DNA of 48,603 nucleotides from Perkinsus olseni (Eukaryota): NCBI GenBank assembly GCA_013115125.1, contig JABANN010000236.1, positions 1 to 48,603 of the forward strand, read 5' to 3'. Shown piece by piece: positions 24,759 to 35,743 of this stretch (position 1 is its first letter; each line of letters starts with the position of its first letter). The notes under the pieces were generated by a model. It saw only the letters and a program-made list of their open reading frames with translations, ran no database searches and was not told where the DNA came from. The position numbers and the translations under genes were made by a program.

Positions 24759-27700
24759 CTAATAATGTTGGAGAAGGGCGGCTTGACTCCGAGCTCCCGT
24801 GAGACTGCTGAAGTCAACGCTGCCAGCTGGCCCCGGTCGGGCGCCAAGCTCAGAACTCCTAATCTCGAAAAGACTGCAATCACCATCGAATAGGAATTGC
24901 AGCGGTAGACCGGCCTTCATGAGGGTTACACCTCGGAGTTGCATACCACTGAACTTAGACACCGGTACAGGATTACACACAACTTGTAAAGTCTGCGGGT
25001 TACGTACGTATCTGCACGACAACTCACACAACATATACACGGGGTGGGGCGTACGAGCTCGGGGCTAGGTCGATGATGTCGTACAGAGTGTCCTCTGATA
25101 GGCCCTTCAGCTGGAGCCTTGGGATGATCTTACCAACCTGATCAAGGGACAATAAAAGCAACCATTATAGTTGATACCAGGTGCTCCCCGCTATGACAAC
25201 ACGGAGCCTCCTCGAGGATGTCCGAGAAGACACCGAAGACTGGCTACCCATTACTCCCGTCCAACCCTCAGACATTCGAATAGGGAATTCGAACCAGTGA
25301 GGCCTCGCTGGAACGCTGCACCAGCCCAACACAGAGTACGCGTCGAGGATGAGCCGCCGCCTACCTCCTTCAAGTGGAGGAGGCAGGCCATGACCACAGC
25401 ACGGGAGCGGTCCTCTGAGACCTGCATCCATGCTGTTACCTCGGCACCATATACCTAAAGAGCTCAAGCAGCATTCGTGGTGTCGCTGTCCGGGGTCCCT
25501 CCTCCCACCTGTGTCGAGTGGGAATCGAAAGGGTCCCAGAGCCTGTAAAACTGTCCCCTGAGCAGACCGAAGTCTAGCGTTGTCTTGTAAACGTGAATGA
25601 GGGCTCTGATCTCCGCTAGGAGTTCAACATCAGCCTTCATCAGATTCAACTCGACTCCCATGGCCCCCAGCATCGACATGACACCCCTCACGTTACCAGG
25701 GAGGATCCTTCCTGTCTGAATGGCAGGAGAGATCAGGAAGGCAAGGACTGAGCTGCATCGTACTTGGTGGTTGGGTGTAGCTGTAATATGACTGCCCATG
25801 GTGATCATAGGATACCCCACAGAGAGGCCCGCCTGTATACGTGCTCTACAGCAGGCGTCGGTGTTGTCCGATGCCCAGATTTGGGGACCAAAATACAACA
25901 TGCCGGCATCGAACCTGCCACCTCCTCCAGCGCATGTCTCGAAGCGTACCAGAGGGAATTCACAAGTGATAGAGTCCAGAACCTGATCATGGTTGACCCC
26001 TGCTGGGAGATGCTTCCCTTCCTCTCCTCACCTGATACACTCCGAGCATGTGTCTGTGCATGGTCTCCCCCTGTGGCCTGTCATCCGATAATAAAGCGCT
26101 CTGAGCCTCCGTGAGATGACGATTCATATCCCACTTCACATACGCTATGTTGCAGCTCGACAGGATGGACCTCAACAGGGCAAGTCTACCCACACCCCCG
26201 GCACTTGTCGATGTACCTCAGTTTTTTGAGGACGTATCGTCTGACCCTCTCCTGACTGAAGTCTAGAAGGAACTGATGTCTTCTCATAGTCATCGGCCTA
26301 TTCTTAGCCTGTAGGGTACAGTCTTTGTACTTCTGTAGGAGATGACATCCTGGAGACGCCATCTCGGGCTCCATCCAAATACCGAAGCCCAGACCCAACT
26401 GATTGATGGCATTGCCTGCACGAAAGCATTCGAAAATACTTCGGCCGCTCTCTGTTCCCCCACATAAGTGCGGTATGCCAAGTGGCAGCTTCTCCTTGTC
26501 GACTTCCCAGTCCCCCAACCCGCCGGTATCATCATTCCTGTTGGTAAACCATCCATCGTCTATGACCACCATCTCCGCTCCAACAGCAGCAGCATGACGG
26601 GCCAGCTGCATGACCTGAGCCACAGACACCCTCATCAGGACCCTAGAGACCATCCAAGCTTCTCACCCGATCATCAGTGATATTGAAGTACATAGACTCC
26701 CATGTATTGCAGACCACGGGTGGCCTAGTGTACCGCCACCTGACCTTCACAACGTGAACACGATCCTCATCGGTGGTGATGACGGAGGCAAGACGATAGA
26801 AGCCTAACCTGGGCGGCATTATCCTGTCCTGAAGTATCCGATGGCACTTGTGAGTGAGGCTTGTAGCGCCAGAGCTGCTGAATACGATGAGGGTCTCGGG
26901 AGTGCTGAGAGACTCTCCCGGAAACAATTTCCATTTGAACGTCATGGGGTTGAACCTGATCGGGCAGGCACATTACTGACTCCCCGAGTTAAGACCCCCC
27001 ACCCAACATTCACTCTGAGACGGTTTGTCTCGTTAATTTCGCACTCGATCAGGAAGCTGCCACTATACCTGCCCAAACGGCGGTACCAGCCGTGGGAGAC
27101 TTTATCAAACCCACATAAATATGAAGCCCCAATGGTATCCAGCATCCTCGTTATACGGTCCCTTACTGATGATACCCATAGGGTTGTGCATGTGACTGCT
27201 CACACCTCGAGTGGACCCTATCGTCATGGCCCCAGCCAAGAGTTCCTGACTCATCCTCTGACCCTCCCTACCCCATGAACCTGCAATATAACCATACTCT
27301 TCGCGAGACGGTTCTCCATCCTCACCCCCAAAATGCGTGAAGTAGTAGTTACCGGCCTCAAAATCTGTGGTGACGCTGACGAAGCGGTCGATGCCAACCG
27401 GAGACCCAGAAGATCGAGGATTCGTCATCTTCGCTCGTCGTACTAGTACGTCCCACTCGGGGAAGACCGAGTAATACAAAGTCACGATCAAACCCGAGAC
27501 CCGATCCTGGAGGTTGAGCTCGAGCGTCACCGCGTCCATTCGGTTCTCACATCGCACCTGGGCAATCACCATCGACCGCTGGAGGGAGGGCATTGGTCGA
27601 TAGACTCACTTGGGGGAGCGACGCGTCCTGTTGGCCCACAATGGAAGGCTTGCCCCTAACGATAATATGATCACGATACTCCAAAGGCGAGATGTCACTG

Positions 27701-29441
27701 TGCCCTAGAGCGGACTCAGCGTTGTAGCGCACCTACATGACCACCACAGCTCGACGGCCGCAGCGGGCCCAGACCGTACCTTACCTTGAAGCTAGGCAGT
27801 CTGTAGTCGCCCGTACCGTAATCGCTATACTCCAACATAAGAGAGTTCTTACCCATGATTTGCTGTGTTACATGAGTACTTCCCACCTGCTTAGAGTCGC
27901 CCCTTGAGCACGCATGGCCGGCTTTCTAGCCTACCTCATCCTCCGACCTACTGGGGCTCTCAGGCCGCACCGCGTAGGTACTAAACCTCCTGCCTTGCTC
28001 TAATGATATCCCCCTCTCCACTTGGGGCACACCACTGGTTGCACTCCTCTGGCGCCGCGCGTGCTGATGCACCCCTAGAGAGGCTACGGACTCCTCGAGC
28101 GGAATACACATGAGAGTTGTACTCACAGCTAGGGGCTGCGTCCTTATTAGAAGGACCCTGTTGGCCCTTCTGAATGGCGTCGTGCCGCAACCCACCCAAA
28201 GGAGAGGATATCCGCCCGACCGGGGCGCCCGGACCTGAGTTATCGGAGTAAGGACCTCAGTGAGGCTTACAAAAAAGAACTAAAGCACTCGACCTTAGAT
28301 TCTCCCTGCTAGTCAACAGGCATAACATTCAGTATGTTATTGAACGCGAAGGCCATGCAGGTAGACCTACTAGGCTGTCCATCGTCTGTCCATTCTAATG
28401 GGGAATCCTCCTCACACACTTCCAGATCAACTGTATCTGAGTACATCGGGCTGCAGATGGTGGGTTGAGGGGATCCAGAGGTCTACTGGATCGGCCCTTG
28501 TAGGGGCTGAAATTTCTAGTCCCCTCTCCTCCTCCTCGAGACCGATCAGGACCTGAGCCGAATAGGTACGGTGAGCTACGACACGTGGAAGGCCCTAGGA
28601 TGGAATACGCCACCCATCCAACCGATCTTCACTGAACAATTCATTCAAGTACGCGCACTACCCACCAGCGTGAGGCAGGACCCTTGCCTGCACAGAGAGA
28701 TCGCTCCACTGGCCCCCAGTAGTACCAGTATCACCGTCGGCGCTAGGTGGATCACCTTTGCCAAGCTGAGCCATTCTCCACCGCCTCCAAAAAGCATTCT
28801 CTCGCCTTACATCCTCCCCTAAACCCCAAGCATGAACCCCATTAGGCGTAGATCGGCGGTCTCTACCAAGGCCACTCTTGGCTTCCCTCGTGTACGTTTT
28901 CCACCGCTCACTCAAGTCATCCACCTTCAGCTTCTTCCCCATCTCCGACGTTAGTTCCTGCACGAAGAGGGCTCCTGTTTACACACACGTGTCCGTCATT
29001 TCCTGCAACACCACGCGGCCCTAGATCAATCCATTACCCTTATCCCAACAGGCTCGGCCTGCCCAGTGGGATCGAATGGGCTCGCCATAGTAAGGGAGTT
29101 GAGGGACAGGAAAGTTAGGTCGTCTTCCGGCGGGATATTCGGACCCCAATAGAGATGCTCCAGCTGGCCCGTAGTTGTTATACGAAAGGCGTACCTACCA
29201 GCGTTGTGAGCGTGTGTGCCCCATGCTAGGTTATCCTAGTACATAGAATCAGTGGTATAGAGTCTGAAGATCCTTTGCAACCTATCGTATATGATGCCAC
29301 CTCCACCACCAGAAAGATAGCCCTCCTGACCACTAGCCAGTGGTAGCGGCGAGATTCTAAAGAGGGCACAGAGTAGGCGCAGCGGCCGCGAAGACGTGAG
29401 TCGACTCACTCCTCTAAGTCTTCCTCATACAGTCCGTCCAT
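24759..29441 (-). CDS. Alpha-galactosidase, GH36, copy B (multi-exon)
   Basis: Probable start MDGLYEEDLEE spliced to ISPLPLASGQEGYLSGGGGGIIYDRLQRIFRLYT. Same catalytic motifs as copy A (DDGWF, FGIWMEPEM, KWDMNR, SDNTD); stop at 24759. Confidence 0.9.
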
Positions 29442-29814
29442 GACGCAACGAGGTGATGTACAGTAAAATCGAGGTAGTTCTTCGACAGTAAGGGGGTGAC
29501 GGTACTTTGGACGGACGCCAAGGGACTCGACCAACAGGGTGGAAAAGACTACCGGCGACACAACCGACTCCACCAAATCTCCCACTCCTGTTGGTGCGAC
29601 TCTCTCTTCTCACGCTAACGGTCGAAGCATATAGTGTGAGCGTGACTGGGTCCCCAGTCGAGGTTGACGACCAGCACAGCGTACGCTTGCCCACCCTATC
29701 AACCCTGGATGAGGACAACTCAACACCATAGAAGCCCCCAGAAATCTACAAAATTGTGCAAAATGTGGTACGAACGGTACATAAGGTCGGAGTTTTAGCG
29801 TGACATTTGAGCGA

Positions 29815-30791
29815 CTATCGTATATCCCGCACTGCTTTATGAAAGGCCGCATAGTCGCCGTCCAACTCCAGCGAGAACTGCCGCGCGTCCTCCTGTGGAG
29901 AGATCCTCTGACTTCACACCAAGCGAGTAGGGCTCACCTCCGATAGCTTGTCAGTAGCACGCATCGAGTTCAGCCTCGTAAGCCATTTCTGTATATTGAC
30001 CTGAGAGGCCGCGTCTCCTTCGGCAACACTGACGACCCCCTCACCTTGGCATCGAAATCGACTGGTAATGACGAGATACTGGCAAGGCTACCGCAGAGCT
30101 CTCTCACAATAGGGAGTAGGTCATCTACTGAGACCTAGCGACAGCAGGCCTTGCTGAACCACACAAGGGGTGACTACTACCATTTCCATCTTCAGGCAAT
30201 CAACCAAAGTAACGAAGTGCTGCCCTGCGTCGAGGATGTGTACGGTGTCCGGGGAACCCTACAAACGTCCAGTGACCGCCGATGCACACCAGTCGTGTAA
30301 TGACTACCTTCTCCCCGCTGTGATACATCTTGGTGGCCGGCAGTTGCGTCCCCAGCAGTCGTACTCGGGCATAATGAACCTGCACTGACGTAAAGACCAG
30401 GCTGCTGGCATCACCATCCAACCTGCATGTGATTGTCCTTTATGAACTTCTCCACATCGAAAGGTATGGCTCCCTGTGTCAAGGCGGTCGTGATAACCTG
30501 TATCGCAGTCGAACGCGGCCCTCACCGTAAGACCGATTACCTTGTACTGCGTCAGTAGCTGTTGGTACTGCTTCTCGTAGCTTTCATCTTGTATCAAACC
30601 TAGTGGTGACGGAACTCCGAGTTCCCTTCCACCGCGCCCGAAGTACTACCAGTGGCGAAGGCTTTCTCAAGAGCATCAACGGCCTTGATAATGCTGAATA
30701 GATTCCCCTTGGCATCCACTTCTCGACGCTCTGCGTTCGTCAAGGCCACCTTGCTTAGGGACGGCTCACTATCGGGGCTACTACTACTCAT
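29815..30791 (-). CDS. VPS28: ESCRT-I subunit VPS28, multi-exon
   Basis: ERREVDAKGNLFSIIKAVDALEKAF, YEKQYQQLLTQYK, ILDAGQHFVTLVDCLKMEM, VDDLLP, QKWLTRLNSMRATDKLSE-EDARQFSLELDGDYAAFHK match the VPS28 N- and C-terminal domains. Confidence 0.9.
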
Positions 30792-31320
30792 TCTAGGGAC
30801 CCTAAAACCTGTAATACAATCTCTGGGAGATAGATTTCGGATAGTGAGCTCTGGGTGACTCTGCGGTCCACGGTGAGCCCTTCCAGACGGGTAGTGGACG
30901 CTTTACAGTGTAGCTTTCGAGGCAGACTGATGCATGACTATGAGCAAGTGCACCATTCCTTCCACAGATACTGTTTCTTGCTACAACAGGAGCCATACTC
31001 ACTAGAGCCGGGACTCAACAGGTGAGACACGTTCATGCGCTGTTAAACAAAATGACGAGTTATGAATCGCTTCGCTCCGCTCGGCGCGTCATGTAACTCG
31101 TGCGCATGCGTTCCGGGAGACGCTATCCGCTTCTGACAATCGTTAGCTTTAAGTAGAAATTCATCTCGTTTCTGTCAGTCCTGTTGTGATGACCCCCGCG
31201 CGGGCGGCCCGGGCACGCATCTTCGTCTGGGACTGACCAACATAGTCGGTTGATTAGCATGAACGAGGCTGAGAATCAATGTCACAAGTTCACACCAGCA
31301 TTCGTGCGCAGTGACGTCTT

Positions 31321-31520
31321 ATAGGGCACTAAGAGTATCTTAGAGGCACTAAGAGTATCTTAGAGGCACTAAGAGTATCTTAGAGGCACTAAGAGCATCT
31401 TAGAGGCACTGAGAGTATCTTAGAGGCACTAAGAGCATCTTAGAGGCACTGAGAGCATCTTAGAGGCACTGAGAGCATCTTAGAGGCACGGAGAGTATTT
31501 TAGGGTACTCAGAGTGTTTC
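31321..31520. repeat. Minisatellite, 20-bp unit TAGAGGCACT(A/G)AGAG(T/C)ATCT, about 9-10 copies
   Basis: Direct head-to-tail copies with no spacers; copies degenerate toward the right end. Confidence 0.95.
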
Positions 31521-31549
31521 TGGGTAGTTGGGAGTATTGCGTAGGTCAG

Positions 31550-33765
31550 AAAATGGCTGATCAGTAGGGACACGTTACCCATCATCACTTCAACTTGCGT
31601 TGGTAGATTGTTTGGGCAGTCTTGTAACACCTCATGTCCACAGCGAGGCTCCCTACTATACCCCGACGGGCTAACAGCCTAGTGTCTCTAGCTGATGCAT
31701 GGTCAGCACAGGTCAGCAGCTAACTGTCACTGCCAAACACCCGTCCTCCGTATTCAGAGACCATTGACTGACGGTCTCGTTCCTCTCAGTCCCTGGACGC
31801 ATCTTCAGCAGCTCCACCCGGCTTTGGGCGATCTTCGCTGCTGTCTGAGATAGCTACTGAAGCCGCGATACGGAAAGAGAACATTATGGGACCAAACTTC
31901 AACGCTGGGGTAAGTGCTCGGCCAGACCAGAGGATATTCCCGGCCCACCAGCGACTCGCTGGACCGTTGGCAATGAGTGGCAATGGCAATGGACGTTGAG
32001 TGTATCGCTTGCACCTTTCAGTTTGTCAAGGACCCGCCTCGCAACCCCTCATGGAGAGAACGCTCGAAGCCGAGAAATCCGTGAGCATATATTCCTTTTG
32101 ACTCCGGTCCATTTTCCCGTCCCTTCGGTCTGTGATTTCTTGTGGGAGACGACCGGAAGTTGGTCTCAGGTTACGATTCTACAGCGACCATCTGCCAGTA
32201 GTGGCTATGGCGCGTCGGGAAGAGGAGGGTCGGATAAGAGGCCGAAGCCTCCCACCGTTGGCACGGACAGTTGGAGATGGTTTCGGCATCACACAGGGTG
32301 GTTCAGGGGAGCGATCACGGAGGAGACCATCGCACATTTCGGTTGAGGGGACATGGTAGGCATCACTGCGAGGCTGGCTCTCTCGTATCATGTCAGAAGC
32401 GACGCCCGATCTTCTAGCGGAGATTTTCCGCCGGAAAACTTCCGCCGACAGGAGATTTTACTTTTCTGATCAGTTCCGAAAATGTCGTATCTGGAGCGCG
32501 GCCTACACCTTTCACATTCACTCAAGTTGACCAGAGGTGGGAGGGTCTCGTTGTGCAGCGTGTGTGTGCGCAACGAGAGATTACGTCTTTCCAGGCCATT
32601 CGCCGGAGGCTACCATGGAGGGTTTATTTATTGTTGATAAGATTCTGTCAATTATCACGCCCCGATTCCGTCGGCCGTGTCTAAGATTCCTCCGCTGCAG
32701 AAATGAAACATGGCTTACGCTGTTGTTGTCATAACGATCAACGCCGCTTGGTTCGAGTGCTTGTCATTCACGGTAGCTTCGCAAGGTATCGAGTCACATG
32801 CATGAACTCGGGTATCGGGATGAATGTAATCAGCCGTGAAGAGACGCGTCCTCTCAATGGGCCATTTCCTTGCGACCCGCCATCACCGCAGTGGCTGCTT
32901 TAGGCCGGTTACTTCTAGGCTGGAAGTTCCAAGTTAGATTCTCAGTATAAATCGCAGGATGTCGTTCTGAGATGGAACTTCAGCCTGTGGATAGTAGGTT
33001 AGTGCAGCTCGGAATCCCAACAAGTAATGGAATCTCCCACGAAGGAGCGTTACTCAAGGAGTCATTAACGAGGTTCAGAGGCCGTCAGAGGGTGCTGATC
33101 CGTATACCCTATCGAGTCTGTTTTCGTCAGCCTAGCGAGATATTATAGCGGCTCGCTATGGTATCCCGCTACTCGCAACTAACGAGTCCCGTTACTCGTG
33201 TAACGCAAGGACCAGCTTCCTGGGGAGAAGTGAAACGTAGACTGGGAAAACCAATCGTTGAGGGTGTGTAGCCGGACTACGTCAACGAGTGAGCTCGTTA
33301 GTCGCCTATCTACGGAACCCGAGGCATGCTCGATGTGGACGTTTGGTTGGAGGACGCACCTCGCCGGAGGAACGTTACGTATGGTCCCGAACCACAGGCA
33401 GGTAGCTTCGGTTAGCGCGGCGGAGAGCGGGGGTGAATACTGAACGGCTGTCGGCCCGACTGGGTCGAGGAAGCAACGGAGTTACTTTCGGTTTAGCGTC
33501 CGCCCTTGCGGTTAGACCTGGGACTCCCAGGCAGCTCTGGAGAATGGTGAGCGCTAGGCCTACCGTGAGTTTGACCGCACGTCGTGCCGAACAATCCCTC
33601 GTCCTCCCACAAAATCAGTCGCCAGCTCCACTGTGAATCACAGTCTGTGATGCTGAGTCTCTTATACTCTACTCAGAGTAGCAGGCATTGCCTATTGCGC
33701 CTGCGTTGAACTACCGTGGCTTTCTTGTAATTTTTGGCTCGCCGGAGTTCTTGCACCTAGGCTCT
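31550..33765 (+). ncRNA. Candidate long structured non-coding RNA ending in an Sm-site-like motif; family not identified
   Basis: No credible protein. Many local and long-range helices of 6-18 bp with G-U pairs mostly on the + strand. AATTTTTGG at 33729-33737 is followed by a terminal stem-loop. Confidence 0.55.
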
Positions 33766-34192
33766 GTGAGGTAATTCCGCTCACTCCAATCCGCCTGCGT
33801 AGCATTGCTACCAGTAACCTCGCGCGCCTTCAGTACGAGTCGTAACCACTCGCTACGCCGAGTCTCGTGCGCGCATGCTTCCAGATCGCTAAATTAGACT
33901 AAGAATGTACCTACCCTAATACATCTCGATTCAGGCCAGATTAGTGTATACCGTGCTTGCTACCGGACTCGGGACGCTTGTCAGCTTCTAAGCTTGCAGC
34001 CTCCCTTCTAGCCGGGCTAGACTAGCCCAGAAGCAACGACGCAAGAGTCTTGCGGCAAGACAGGGGGTCGATACTGGTATCAGCTGTCTAACAGTGGTAT
34101 CAATCAATGAACTGTCAAGACTCATAGGTCACTCGAGTATCCATCTGAGATCTTTCAGTTGTGTACTTTTCCGCGTCCTCGTCTCTCACACA

Positions 34193-35365
34193 ATGAGCAG
34201 AGCCCTCGCTGCGATTGTATTCGAGGTTGCACTATGTAGTTTGCCTGAGTGCTTGGCGCCGGTGTCCCACACTCCGGCCAAAACTGTGACATTGCCAGTC
34301 GAACAAGGTTTCGTCACAGTCAGCATCGATGGTCAAAGAGTAGAGTTACTGGTGGACTCCGGCGCACACGCTCTCATTGTGTTGGATGGTCATTGGTATG
34401 AGGGTATGTACGGCAAGGGCGCTTGTGAGAAGTCGGGCTCCGGGTGTTTCTTCTGTCCCGTGGAAGCGCCTTGTGAGTTCTCAGGGGCCGAAGGGAAAAC
34501 ACGATTACGCTTCGTAGATGGGACCATGATCGAGAGTATCAGCCGAAGGGGATCGCTGGTGTTAGGCGAACACGATGCTGTTGATGCTATCTACAAGATT
34601 AGCAGACCTATGTCGCCTTCCAGACTGTCGATTCCGCGCGGATATTTTGGGTTATCAAGGCGGCCAACTGTCTCACCAAATCAAGAGAGCTTGCTCGAGT
34701 CTCTCGTGCTGCAAAACGTCATTCAAAGATTATCCTTCACTATCCGACCCAGCAAGGAACAGCTCGGCCGGTTCATTAGCGGACAGCTAATTCTCGGTGG
34801 CACGGTGAACCTGTCGGAGGCAACCAATTACATGCTTCCGGAGTGGCCTGATGATCCGGTGAATCACCGAGCAATCCCAGCTGTGTATGTTACGTCGATG
34901 GACTTGCTTGACGCACGAGGGAGTCCAACGACGAAAGAGGCCACAGAACACCGCCATCACCGATGTTCATTCCGAGCCGCTCTGGATACGGGCGCTAACA
35001 GCATGAATCTGCCCCATCCGGGTCTGCTCGAGGATATCGAGAGGGAGCTCAGAACGAAAATGCGAGAGAAGGGTTACACAGAAGAGCGAATTGGGCGACT
35101 GTGGGGGCGAACAAAAAAGGGGTTCGTGTATGTTAGAAGCAAAGCGCTGAAGTTCCTCCCGGTGTTGGCCCTTACACTGGGCGGTGGGGAGAATCCGATC
35201 CTGATAAAGATACATCCAAAGCACTACTGTACTCATATTGTTGGCGGATGCTTCACTCTTTTCGTCCAAGAGCATATGTCTGGCTACTTCGGTACGCCGT
35301 TCTTTGCGGCGTACGGTGTCCACGTTGATTACACCAACAACAGGACAATTCTGCTCGAGAACTAA
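34193..35365 (+). CDS. Pepsin-like (A1) aspartic protease, intronless, with signal peptide-like N-terminus
   Basis: LLVDSGAH and ALDTGAN catalytic motifs, GYFGL, LILGG, YFGTPFFAAYGVHVDY. ATG at 34193 (MSRALAAIVFEVALC) aligns with the paralog start. Confidence 0.88.
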   Translation: MSRALAAIVFEVALCSLPECLAPVSHTPAKTVTLPVEQGFVTVSIDGQRVELLVDSGAHALIVLDGHWYEGMYGKGACEKSGSGCFFCPVEAPCEFSGAEGKTRLRFVDGTMIESISRRGSLVLGEHDAVDAIYKISRPMSPSRLSIPRGYFGLSRRPTVSPNQESLLESLVLQNVIQRLSFTIRPSKEQLGRFISGQLILGGTVNLSEATNYMLPEWPDDPVNHRAIPAVYVTSMDLLDARGSPTTKEATEHRHHRCSFRAALDTGANSMNLPHPGLLEDIERELRTKMREKGYTEERIGRLWGRTKKGFVYVRSKALKFLPVLALTLGGGENPILIKIHPKHYCTHIVGGCFTLFVQEHMSGYFGTPFFAAYGVHVDYTNNRTILLEN

Positions 35366-35743
35366 CGCCAACAGACGATGCATGATCATAATGGACCGCT
35401 TGTGTGTCACGATTTGGAGCGATGTTCTGTCGTTAATTTACCGATGATCTCTATTGTATATGAATTACAGAAGGGCTGTGGAAAGATAGCAATTAGTACG
35501 GTCCTCTCGAGAATTCTCTTGCTAATCACCTGCTCGCGGCTCCCCAAAGCTCCTGTGATCACATTCGCCTTCAGTACAGAATTAGTGACCCGGTCGCGCG
35601 TGCGAGTACTTCCAGCTGGCAATCAACCTCAGCTCATGTACTTAACTCTCGTCGTACTACCGCTCGTAGGGCGTCGCAATGATCTCTGGTACTCGAGGTA
35701 GGGGCCCTCTGAAAGTTCTCTTCTGCATTTCCCTGATTACGCT

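Noticed and set aside
31181-31242. Box C/D snoRNA (GTGATGA at 31186, CTGA at 31233, TGTTG/CAACA flanks)
   Set aside because: The terminal stem register overlaps box C and does not fit kink-turn geometry, and I could not identify an rRNA-complementary guide. Only a snoscan run could revive it.
31321-31520. CRISPR array
   Set aside because: The units are contiguous with no unique spacers, there are no cas genes, and the context is eukaryotic.
31000-33900. Spliced-leader RNA or standard U1/U2/U4/U5/U6 snRNA genes
   Set aside because: No ACCGTAGCCAT-type leader and no diagnostic snRNA motifs were found. GATTAGCATG at about 31252 is only a 10-nt U6-like match without ACAGAGA context.
33908-33922. 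Telomerase template (ACCCTAA)
   Set aside because: It is a single partial repeat without the alignment extension and lies downstream of the proposed Sm-site 3' end.
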